Part shown: positions 13,100 through 24,746 of the stretch, piece after piece
How the letters are laid out: each line of letters begins with the position of its first letter
Position numbering within the stretch: the first letter of the stretch is position 1
Assembly (NCBI GenBank): GCA_043228905.1
Contig: JBHGNT010000020.1
Span: 12,958,001 to 13,022,000, forward strand
Length of the DNA stretch: 64,000 bases
Direction: 5' to 3'
Origin: Azolla caroliniana
Taxonomy: Eukaryota; Plantae; Polypodiophyta
Made by a program: the position numbers and the translations under genes
Notes under the pieces: generated by a model
Told to the model about the DNA's origin: nothing
The model's database searches: none
The model's input: the letters and a program-made list of their open reading frames with translations, nothing else

Positions 13100-14730
13100 A
13101 TGAATATATTAGACACATAGGTGCACTTACTTTTTGTAGGAATACAAAGAAGAATTGAATATGAATCTACACAAAGAATCATTAATATTGTACTAATTAT
13201 TAGGAAGCTAAACGAATTGATACATAGGTGCATTTACTTTTTGTAGGCATACCAAGAAAAATTGAATATGAATCTACACAAAGATTCATTGATATTGTAC
13301 TAATTAGGAAGCTAAATGAACAAGTAATTAGAAACTCTTGATGAGGTTTTGGATAGTATGTTATTGTACATGTATGGTAAATGTGCCGCAGCTGCAGAGG
13401 CACATGAAGTTTTTGGCAAACTTCAATCTCAGGACATAGTGTCATGGACTACATACATGGTTACAAAGATAAAGCCCTTAAAATGTTTGATGAAATGATA
13501 GTAGATAATGTTCCTCCAAATTCTGTCACATATGCAAGCGTCCTAAAATCTTGCAGCACCTTGAAAACCTTGCCCAAAGACCCAAAATTACACATGGAGA
13601 TTGCAGAAGAGGGTTATGATTTAGATTTTGCAGTAGCTAGTGCTCTAGTGGTTATGTATATGTATGCTAAACTTGGGTTGATGTCAGAGGCACAAGAAAT
13701 TTTTGATTCATTGCCAAATCGAGATCTACTCTTGTGGAACACATTGCTTTCAGGATATGCCAAGTTTGGGCCAGATAACAAAGTGCTACATTGTTTTACA
13801 CAAATTCAATTAGATGGTTTATTTCCTAATGTTATCACATTGGCATGTATAGTGAGAGCTTGTGTCAAATTGAAGTCAATTATTATTGGACAAAACATAC
13901 ATATCTAGATCTTATTGGGGGGATATGAGAATGATATGTTTATTGTTAGTATGTTGGTTGACATGTATGGCAAATGCGAGTATCTTCTACATGCATGTAT
14001 GGTTTTTGATAAGTCTAAACATGATGGCATCTCATGAATGCACTAATTACTGGACTCTTAGATTGTGGATATAGCTCATGTGTAGGAAATTGTATATAAA
14101 AAATGTATTTAGAAAATACACTTATGAACTGTGGCATATATGCTGCTATCTTAAAAGCATGTAGTAGCATTTATGCTCTTAATGAAGGTAAAAAGTACAC
14201 TCTAAAATCCTTCAAAAAGGGTATGAAAAAGATCTTTTTGTTGGAAGCAGTTTGGTAGTGCAACCCGTGAAGCATGGATTATCTTTAAGGGTCTCTCTAC
14301 ACGACATGATGTGTTATGGGATGTTCTACTTTCCGGATATGTTGATAATGGATTTAGTCAAGATGCACTAATGTGTTTACACATAATGTAGCTAGAGAAT
14401 CAAGCTGCAAGTGCTGCAACCTTAGTTTCGATCTTGAAAGCATGTGGAGGCTCATGAGCTGTAGATAGGCTACACGAAACACACATGAAAATCATTTAGA
14501 AGGGTTTTGAGAGAGAGATCCTAGTAGAAGCTTGTAGATACATATGACAAATGTGGCAGCATCAAAGAAGCACAAAATATTTTCAATGCTCTATCTACAA
14601 GGGACATTGCATCTTGGAATGCAATGATAAAAGGGTTTGGAATAAACCACGATGGATATATGGTTGTCCAATGTTTCAAATGTATGTTGAAATCAGGTCT
14701 AAAACCTGATGCAACCACATCCACGTGCAA
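13100..14730 (+). pseudogene. PLS-class pentatricopeptide repeat (PPR) pseudogene
   Basis: Repeated motifs MYGKC..EAHEVF..DIVSW, PNSVTYASVLKSC, SALVVMY.K.G..EAQEIFDSLPNRDLLLWNTLLSGY and ASWNAMIKGFG, across many frameshifts and stops. The longest ORF is 13444..13908, and there is a roughly 108-bp tandem duplication at about 13110-13320. Confidence 0.88.
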
Positions 14731-15217
14731 TATTCATTGTAAATTGTAAATAGTGGACTATTTTAATACCAATGGAGGATATTTTTTATGGAAAAAAAGA
14801 AATAATTAGAAACTCTCCACATCAAACCATAGTTGTGCACGAGAAGGCATCACAAAGAATCATAACCTACACTTTCATTCATTGGAAACACAACAGAAGC
14901 ACAAAAGGAGTAGACAAAGAGATAAAAATCAAGTGCATGTAAGAGAAGCATGGAAATACAAGAAAAAGAGAAAAGCATGGAATGAGGAAAGAGGGAAAAG
15001 AGTAAGAGATGATGGTGATGATATGTTAACATCCACATTGGACCAAAATGACATATGGGATTGACTCAAAGCCCATGATAGAGATATATTAGATTAATAG
15101 ATTTTATTACCGTATTTGGGGGTCAAGTGGGACCAAAATGAAACATTTTCAGAAGTATGTGGAGTTGATGACATAGATAAACAAGCTTTAAAAAGGGGAG
15201 GGTGGAAAAAGCACAAC

Positions 15218-17915
15218 TTTTTGTTTTTGTTTTTTTTTTCAAAGAAAGATGCACCTTAGTATATTACTTGAAAATTGTCCATAGAGAAAATAGAAGAAGA
15301 GATTTCATCTCACTTCTATTGTGATACAAAGGCTAGTATAAGCATCTGATCAAATAGATGATGTCATATATGAAACAAGTAGAACAATAATATAAGCTAT
15401 GCAACATAAAAGAAGGTATGGCATAATTCCACCTTAGACCAACAGTTGTATCTGAAAATAAGTGAAGTTCTTGCCGTCGATTCTTAAAGGCCACTTGCCG
15501 TTGCAACAAAACATTAGCAAAACCTTGTAAAGGGCCTGCAAATCATCATATTGACCACGTAGTGTGTGGACAAAAAACATCAAGAATTTAATAAGCATAG
15601 CGTAGAGATGTATGTGAACATTGTTAAAAACAGAATCACACCCCGCTTTCCATATTATCCAAAGAGCAAACGACATAATAATACGCCAAATAACCAGTTT
15701 TTTTATTTTGAACCATCCAATGGATGAAGGAAATGGCGTGAGAGAGAGGTGTCCATAGGAAAAGTGAAAGACATGAGAAGCATGAGTACCTTCATACCCC
15801 ATAACATCTCAATGGAGGACACCCCATAATACTGCACCCCAAGAGAAAATTGAATGAGAACATCTTACTCCAAAATTGCTTGATCTTGGGACATAACCAA
15901 AACACATACAAAATAGATTCAGTAGGTGCACCACAATGCATTCCACAAGCATGTCGTTGATGTTGCCTCAACCAATCACCAACAAGAAGAACATAATGAA
16001 TCAACAACCAACGAAACCAAATAACTTTTTTTTGCAACTACATACCCCACAACCATTTCCAAAATTTTGCAAGTTGCAATTACTGCACATTCAGTCTAGT
16101 GCTAACAATCGGCAATGGTTCGGTTCAATTTTAGGTTTTTTAGAACGGTTTGGTTTCAACAGTCAGGAACCACGGTTTTAACGGTTATTTATTTATTATT
16201 TATTTTTAAACAATCTTTTCATTTTTAGACCTTATTCTCACATTTTATTTAAAATTTTAAAAATTTTACAAAATGAAATATTATTATAAATTTAAAAAAT
16301 TTAAAATTTGATCTAAGTTGAAATCCGAAACCAAACCATGAAACCGCGGTTTTAACGGTTTGAAAAATGTTTAACAGTTCGGTTTAATGGTTTCGTGGTT
16401 TGGTTCAAGTTTCAAAAAATTTAAATGGTTCAGTTCCAAACCGGATCGCTTTTGACCCTCTCAAACCAAACCGTTGCCGATTGTTATCTAGTGCTTCATG
16501 GTAGCAGGGTATTTATACTTTGATTGCAACAACAAATTTCTACCTAGCTTAACCGAATATTGGAAAAACTCCAAATGTTGACCATTTCAACTAACACTCG
16601 ACTTTTTCCATTGAAGAGGTTGGATCCTAGTCCAAATTATGAAGAGGTTTTTTTTGAAAAACCCACAATGAGCAATACAACAAGCATTCTTGAAAGGGTG
16701 GATCCAAAAACCATTTCCCCCCGATCTTGCAACTACTCGAATAGCCGAAATATTGGCAGACATCCACACATCTAAGGTAGAGTATACATGGCACAACCTA
16801 CCATCACCATCAACATTAAAGTACATAAAATCACCAACAACATTTGTTACTTTAGCTCCTAAAATAAGTTTTAAAGGACCATGCAACCATAAATTGTCCC
16901 AATGTCATTTGCATATCATTACACATAATAACACCTCCTCAAACAAAATGCATTGACAATGATTGTAACGGTTGATTCATAACACAACACCCCCATGAAA
17001 GAACCTTACATGCAACTGATGCATCCAAAGACGCCCAATTCAACCTAGGACGACTACCAAGCAAAAAACCTCTCGCATCATAGAAGAGAAAATTCCAGGT
17101 CAAAGGTTGTCTCAACAAGTCATCCATTGTCAAAGGAATTTTCCGAACCAAAAATCTTTTAACAGTAGATAAACTTGTGAAGATTCCATTAAAAAAGCCA
17201 TATTTTGGAAAGGTTGTTTTAAACAAATGGAAATTCCCACCTTAATGAGGGTTGCCACACTCCACCTATCGTTGGACACATAGTAGACAACCTATGCATC
17301 ATCAACAGACTCCAAACACCTTGCATTGGCACCATAGCTCTACACACAAATTAAAAGAGCAAAGCCGTACATTGTGATTCTAGATCCACCAACCCCAACC
17401 CACCATTTGTCGCAGAGCAATCAATGCTGCCCAAGCTACTTTCGGTCTTTTATCCCGACCTATTTTTTCTTCCCCAAATGCAATTGTGAATAAGAGTTGC
17501 ACCTACAAAATACATGATCTAGCAAACAACATAGTAGAAGCAATATACCAAATAGTTGCAAGAAGAACTTGATTAACTACAAGTACACAACCTCCAAATG
17601 ACAAGTCAACTGAATCCCAAAGCAACAATTTTCTCCTTAACTTTAAAAGTAGAGGAGCAACTAACACATCCACATTAACATGAAGTTCCCACTTGGCAGC
17701 CCAAGTAACGAATAGTGGTTCCGTCATGAACCCATTTGAATTCCTACAAAGACATCCAAGTAGGCAACAGATTTTGTGATACCCAAAAACCAAGAGATTT
17801 ATGCCAATTTATCTTTGCTCAAGAGGTCAATCAGAATTCCTCCATTGCTACTTGTAATTTTCTTAAATTATCTCATTACCTTGAAGATAAATTGCAATAT
17901 CATCAACAAACTCTG
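15218..17915 (-). mobile_element. L1-type LINE, 3' segment (RT FVDD motif, zf-RVT, 3' UTR, A-rich tail), degenerate
   Basis: T-rich tract at 15218-15239, LWIIWKAGCDSVF, CGMHCGAPTESILYVFWLCP, LSFGGCVLVVNQVL, and EFVDDIAIYL near 17890-17913. Confidence 0.88.
16103..16486. mobile_element. hAT-type MITE (384 bp) inserted in the LINE
   Basis: TIRs TAACAATCGGCAA(T/C)GG, exact 8-bp TSD TCTAGTGC (16095-16102 and 16487-16494), subterminal AAACC/GGTTT motifs and an AT-rich core. Confidence 0.93.
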
Positions 17916-17919
17916 AATC

Positions 17920-20900
17920 CAACAATTGCTACTACATTGAGGGCAAAGACAAACTATGTCAGGAATTGAACATTATTCAACAGAGGGACATGTCAATTGG
18001 TAGCTACACCTTGAAGATCAAGGAGCTGTGTGATGCCCTCGGGTCGATCAATGTCAACATTGACAATGATGAAATGGTGTAGATTTGCCTCAGACACCTA
18101 GCACCTCGGTTCAACGCAATATAGCTGGTCGTCCCCGTGAGGGAGAATCCTCCCTCCTTCGATCTCTAGTCGATGCGACTGGTCAAAGAAAATCATGTTC
18201 GGACAAGAAGCAATGTGCAAGAAGCAATGTGCAAGAGGACAAAGTCGTGGAAGAAGATGCCAATTCAGTCAAGGCCGCCACAATCAAGAACAACCTCGTG
18301 AATAGAACTTCTACTACCCGTGGTGGAGCGTCTGGAAGAAGGGGGAGCAATCGTGCCGAACCCAACCAACAAAATTATATCGTCCAGTGCGGATACTGTG
18401 ATAAAATCGGCCACTATGAGGCAGAGTGTCGGAAGAAGAAGAGTGAGTCGGCCTTCACAAGTCAACAACTTACTTACTATGCCTCAAACTTCGACTACGA
18501 CGATCGTGGCGAAATGTTCATGATGCGACATAAAGCAAATTCGATAACGGCATCGTGCCCAACCAACACCTCTGGCTCAGAAAATGTATGGTTTGTTGAC
18601 TCGGGTGCATCCAATCACATGACGTCTTATGAAGAATGTTTCTGAGAGCTACGAAAGCTTGATCGACCCAGCTATGTGGAAACAAGGGATGACATAATTC
18701 ACCCCATTCAACATGTCAGTAATGTCCCATTCGGTGAAGAGGGGGTGAAGAGGGCAACCAAACCTACATCAAGAATGTCTTGCATGTTCCAACAATAATG
18801 AAAAACATGGTCTCGGTCGGCCAGATTGTGGAATAAGGCATGCAAGTTCGGTTCAACGACGGAGGATGCTACATAAAAAAGGAAGGCCGAATTATCGCTC
18901 GTGGACGAAGAGAAGGCCGAATGTTCATCCTCGATTTTCATGAGACGAAATCGGCAATGTTTGCCAAGGGCCATAAAGTTGATGCTGACATAGAGTTATG
19001 GCACAAAAGGATTGGCCACATCAATCTCAATAAACTCAAGGCAATGCAATCAAAAGGAGTCTTCATTGGGCTGCTGACCTTCAAAGAGAAAGAGATTGAA
19101 GGCGTATGTGCAGCCTGCCAATTCGGCAAGCAACAATGGCACCCATTCCCGAAAGAGAGGAACGTGAGCAAAGGCATATTGGATGTAATTCATTCCGACG
19201 TATGGGGACCCGCTCAGACAACTACATTCGGTGGATGCTGATATTACGTGACCTTTATCGACGACTTCTCTAGGCACACTTGGATCTTCCCCATGAGGCA
19301 GAAGAGTAAAGTGTTTGCACACTTCCGAAAATTCAAAAGTGGAGTCGAAAAGGAAACATGCCGGCATGTCCGATGCCTTTGATCAAACGATGACAAGGAG
19401 TATTTCTCCGATGCCTTCACAACATAACTTCGATAAGAAGGAATTCGGCGGGAGTTCACCTGCCGACACACACCTCAACAGAATGGAGTAGCCGAACGAA
19501 AGAACTAACATACACTTGAGGTGGCATGGGCAATGATGAATGAAAAACATCCACATAAATCATACTAGGCTGAAGCGGCGAACATGGCCGTCTATCTAAT
19601 GAATTGGTGCACAACATCCGGAGTGCAAGATATCACCCCCCACGAGAGGTTCTATGGAAAGAAGCCAGATCTATCCCATATTAGGATATTTGGCTCGGTC
19701 GCGTACATACATATTCCCGACGAGAAGCGTTAGAAGCTCGATCCTAAGTCAGAGAAATGTATCCTCGTGGGGTACTCGCTCGAACAAAAGGGGTATAAGT
19801 TCTTCAACCCCTCTACCAAGAAGGTACGAGTGAGTAGGGATGCCGTATTCAAGTAATCGGCATCCTGGTACACAACCGAATCAACCCCAACCGATTTCGA
19901 TATAAACTCGGATGAGGATGATCGACTAAGGCTCATAACAGAGGAAAGTCCAATCTCAACCATGTGAACTGAACCATAGGAGCCCCCGAGTGACCAAAGC
20001 ACGTCGCGGTCGAGTCTGAAGTAGGGCAAATGAAAGGACAAAATGCCTGAGTACAAAGAATCGGATGAAAACGAATCAGATCACTCACCCTACAGTGAGT
20101 ATGCTGGATTTGATGTGCCTATCATGAGGACATCTGGAGTTGAGAAAGAGCTCACATAGACAAGCAAACAACCACGTCGCTCCACCCGAGAGAAGAACAT
20201 AGTCAACTGATTCGGCTATAATGAATACATGGCATATCATTATGCATTCATGATGAAGGTGGCGAAAATCTGAGAATTGGAAACTTTTTCCAAAGCCACG
20301 AGGGGCCCGCGATGGGTTGAAGCTATGAATGAGGAGATGCAAGCACTCTCCAAAAATGAGACATGGGATCTCATTCCCTCTTCATCCCATCAAAAGGCAA
20401 TTGGTTGCTAATGGATATTCAAGGTGAACCCCTTGTGAACCACAATGTCGACGACACCGTTAATCGATACACGGGGTCGACTATGAAAAAACCTTTGCGC
20501 CGGTGGCAAAGATGACAACCATCCGAAGAGCGATCACGCTTGCCGCAACCAAAGGGTGGCACCTCCACCAAATGCACGTGAAGAACATACCAAGAAGCTA
20601 CTCTCCGGCCGATTCGAAATGACAAATATGAAGGAGCTACATTACTTTCTAGGCGTAGAAGTAATTCAGACTCCTTATGGCATCATGATTTCCTAACATC
20701 ACTATATCCTCAATCTTGTTTACAAGTTTGGGATGGCAGAGTGTAAGCTTGTCGCTACCCCACTCGATCAAAATCTAAGGTTAGATGTTGATTCTAGCAC
20801 ATAAGAGTGTGAGCCGAATTTCTATCGTCAACTAGTCGGAAGCCTTATCTATCTCACCATCACTCGACCCAACCTCAGCTACCCAGTCGGCCTCCTTAGC

Positions 20901-21945
20901 CAGTTCATGCAAACACCACGAAACATTCACTTGGATTGTGTTAAGCAAGTGTTACGTTATGTGAGTGGGACGATGGACTTCGACATCCTCTACAAATTGG
21001 CCACACAGATTCAACTAGAAGGGTATACCGATGCCGACTGGGCCGGCTACAACGCCGACAACTGATCAACATAAGGATTCATCTTCTCCCTCGGTAGCAG
21101 AGCCATATTGTGGAGTAGTAAGAAGCAACCAACACTCGCATTGTCAAGCACAGAAGCCGAATACAGGGGCACGGTCGTCGCCGCATGTGAAGTCGTTTGG
21201 TTCAAAAGAATATCGAAGGATCTGGGCATTCCCATTAAGGATCTAATTCTCCTGTATTGCGACAACATGAGCAACATCCACCTGGACCGCAACCTAGTCT
21301 TCCATGCTCGGACCAAGCACATTTAGGTGCACTACCACTTCATCCGAGAACGTGTCCTGGCCGGAGATGTCAATCTGCAACACATCAACACGACAAGCTA
21401 CGACAATTCACAACAAGCTTCGGTCTCTCGATCACTGACCAACCGAGCTTGAGGGGAGTATGGATAAGGAGCCATTCGACACAGAGCGAACACAGGAGTA
21501 AGATGACCATCCAAAGCCAAAGCTGGAGCCGAGTCAACACCGACCCGAAGACCACTCTGAACCAACTTTTCGGCGACCGGAAGTTGTGTTTGAAGAGGCG
21601 TGTTGAGAAACAAACTCAACTTCCCTAGTGTGGGAACACACCTTAGCATACCCTAGTGTGTGAACACCCTACCTCCTAATATAGTAACTAGTGTGTCATA
21701 GAACCTTAGGTTCTATGACACATATTTAGTGTAGTTAAGTCTCCACCTCTCATTAGTAAGCGGTGGTTGTAGAAAGAGAATATAGAGAGAAGGTGACTAC
21801 ATAAGTACTTTTCTCCTCCTTCTTGTAATGTGGGTTGTATTATTATTGTTAATACAGTTTTTTAGGTTTCGTGTTTAATTGTGTCTTTCTCTCTCTCTCT
21901 CTCTCTTCATTGTTTGAGAAATCTTAAAATCTTATAAACAAAATC
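17920..21945 (+). mobile_element. Decayed Ty1/copia element lacking its 5' LTR
   Basis: In order: gag (QELNIIQQRDMSI..YTLKIKELCDALGSI), zinc knuckle CGYCDKIGHYEAEC, protease WFVDSGASNHM, GAG-pre-integrase LWHKRIGH, integrase IHSDVWGP and TPQQNGVAER, RT remnants, RNase H ALSSTEAEY..HARTKHI. PPT at about 21590-21600 and LTR from 21601, its end approximate. Confidence 0.9.
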
Positions 21946-21978
21946 AAACAGGGCAGAGCTCTCATGGTGGTGCACACT

Positions 21979-21982
<4 letters not shown>

Positions 21983-22026
<44 letters not shown>
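21983..22026. repeat. (AC)n microsatellite
   Basis: Directly visible dinucleotide run. Confidence 0.95.
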
Positions 22027-22028
<2 letters not shown>

Positions 22029-22039
22029 TCTGCTACATA

Positions 22040-22608
22040 GAATCACTCTTGATTCTTTACTGATAGGAAAACCTAATCTAAAAAAACAAACCTTCCATGA
22101 AGTCCCAATTAATAACTCAATCATATGCCTTTTCAAAATCTAATAAAAAGACCGCAAGATCTTCTTTATTCTTCATTGCAATCCCTGTTAATTCCCAAAA
22201 CAAAAAAACATTATAAAAAATACTACATTCCTGCATAAATCCTTTCTGAGATGCATGCACAATGTCCAAAAGAAAGGGTTGCAATCGCAAAGCCAATAAC
22301 TTGGCATACATTTTGTAAATTGCATTCAATAGAGTAATGGGGCGCCAACCCTTAACCTCATCTATAAGTACATCACCTTTCGGAATTAGGCAAACCAATC
22401 CCTCTTTCCACATTTTTGGCATAATACCTGTATTAAACATTTCTTGAGTTGCTACAAGTAAATCGTCAGCAATCAAGTCCCAATACGTAAGGAAAAAATC
22501 TCTCCCCATTCCATCTACTCTCGGCCATACATCTGTCACGACCCCAATACCTTTGATAGCTTGCACTATAACAATGGAGGAGAATGGATGGAAAAGCTGA
22601 TTCAACAT
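22040..22608 (-). mobile_element. L1-type LINE, RT N-terminal segment
   Basis: ORF 22117..22608 has LIPKGD, WRPITLLNAIYK, Q.GF and LLDFEKAYD. It joins in frame to 56221 onward (..VTSW-MLNQ..) once the inserted LTR element is removed. Confidence 0.92.
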
Positions 22609-23191
22609 TGTGTACGATCTATGTATCGATCGAGTTAACTCCTTGATGTCATTTGCGGAGTTTGGACCAACGTATACCCTTTTGATGGCGAATTGGGTGG
22701 AGATGGTTGTCGGACACCTCCGAGCCTCACACTCACTTAACGATTAATAGATGATTAAGCACGATATCTCTCTCACTCTCGCAAGCTCGCTCTCATAGAC
22801 AATATGGTAATGAATATAGACAATAAAAGTAATGAATATGTTATTAACCCTCTTTGCTAAGAGGTCTAGCACCAACAAGGAAGAGAGATTAGTGCTCTCT
22901 AACTAAACACTTCACTAATCTCTCTTAAGCTTAAAGGTTACAAGAAGGAGGAGAGGAAGCTCTAGCTCTTAATCAATAGAGAAATCTTTACAAATGGAGG
23001 AACCATTACAAAGCCACCACTATGTGGTTTATATAGCATTCATGTTTAGGGTATGGACCTTTCACACTTGGACGTCCCTTAGCCTCTTTTCCTCTTGCCA
23101 TTTCCTCTTCGTAGGTCCTTCAACACATACTACGTCCTTGTTGATGCGCTCTTCTCCATGACTGGTTGTGGTGCAATCCAAGTGCTTAACA
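22609..23191 (-). repeat. 3' LTR of the Athila-like element (583 bp)
   Basis: Direct repeat of 55690-56213, which lacks about 59 bp present here. Confidence 0.92.
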
Positions 23192-23555
23192 TCTCCCCCA
23201 ACCTAATGAGTGCACACTCCTAGGTGCACTATGGGAGGGGAGCTTGGAGCGTCGGGGGCGAGAAGGATGGAGTAGGGGGGTTCATAGGGGGGTGGTCAGT
23301 GGCGAAGATGGTGGTGAAGACGTCAGATGTTGAGGGGTGGTAAGCAGATTTCTTGCATTTGATCGGTCGTTGGGCCAGCTATCCAAGTGGGGGTGTTGTA
23401 GCCGGCGAAGGGAGAAGGGGGGTTTCGATCAAAACTGATGTAAGCGGGAAAGAACCGTGTATCGATCATGGTTTAGAAATCCCGTTTGTAGATGGCGGGG
23501 AGCACGTTGACATGAGTCCAAAGGTCGACTAATTGACGACAAGTGGGGCCTTTAT

Positions 23556-23982
23556 TTAAATCAAATGCCAACCCTCACAGTCGGAATACTCGGTGTAGAT
23601 GGTGGGGATGATGTTGGGGGTGACACCGGGGGACCTCGTGGTGCGAAAGGGAATTCCGTCCACCGGCAAATGTAGGGTAGTGCAAACATCGACGATGTTG
23701 AACTGGAACTTGACAGGGGGAAAATCCGCAACGGCGTGGATGCGAACATGACTAGTCTCGAGATTGTATCCTGTGAGGAACCAGTCGACCAGCTCGGGAA
23801 GTACCCCCAAGGCCCAATCTCGAGGAAGAACTTGAGGCCTAGACGTGAAAGGGTGTCAAAAACATCAGGTTCGAGGTACTTGAGTTGCATGGTGGCCGTG
23901 GGTACCCGGTAGGTACAACGGGTGTTGTTGAACTCAGCTTGAATGACCAGGGAGCCACAACTATCGTAAGGGTAGTACACGT
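23556..23982 (-). pseudogene. Extra 3' ORF of the Athila-like element (C-terminal part; the N-terminus MAPTPFTKLLH lies at 30835-30803)
   Basis: Rejoined sequence reads MAPTPFTKLLHVYYPY...GYFPELVDWFLTGY...VCTTLHLPVDG with one frameshift. The PELV..F and L.LP..G pattern resembles Athila extra-ORF proteins (by-eye similarity). Confidence 0.6.
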
Positions 23983-24746
23983 TGTCGCGTTGCTACGCGC
24001 GTGCGTGGAGAACGAGGCGGGACCATTGGGGTTTTGGACCGAGGAATAGGTGAGGAAGCGAAAGGAGAGAGAGAGAGAGAGAGACGCTCACACACGGATA
24101 GACAAAGAAGCGCGCGGGAATGCAGCCCAATCAACACAAGAGACACAAGTTGGGCAGGAGATAGAGTATAAGAACGCGTATATAAATATATGTATGCAGA
24201 TGACCCGAATGGTTACAGCCGATCAGGTCGGCGAGACGGGTGTCGACGCCTGATCACCCATGCACACAGGGGAGCAAGATGGAGATTCTACCGGAAGCAC
24301 ACGGGCGTTCCACGGAGCAGAATCAACCTCACGAGAACCTGTGCAAAGAAAGCTATGGGGAACGACAGAGGAGAAGAGCTCGGTCCCAGTCCGACAGCAC
24401 TTCGTCCCCTCTAGCGCGCGCTCCCTCTCTCCCCCCGTCTCCCTCTCCTTTATAGCTCAAGGAGGGAGGCCGTTCACCCGTTTACATCACATTAATTCTC
24501 TGTCCTTTCGGATAGAGATACTCCTCGATTTCCCCTATAGAATATTGCTACCTAGGATTTAACCTTTGTACCTACCTATCTACTATACAACAAGGGGCGT
24601 GCCCACGTGTAAGGGCCGGCTCACACACATTATACATGGTTTGCGCTTGGGGACGGTTTTCTTCACGACATCCGCCCCCACCTAACCGCGCATCCACCGG
24701 TATGCGCCAAAATTGGGTTCCTACGGGAGAAAACCGATCCTTGCTT

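Noticed and set aside
13444-13908. Functional PPR gene
   Set aside because: The flanking PPR motifs continue in other frames with many stops, so it was called a pseudogene.
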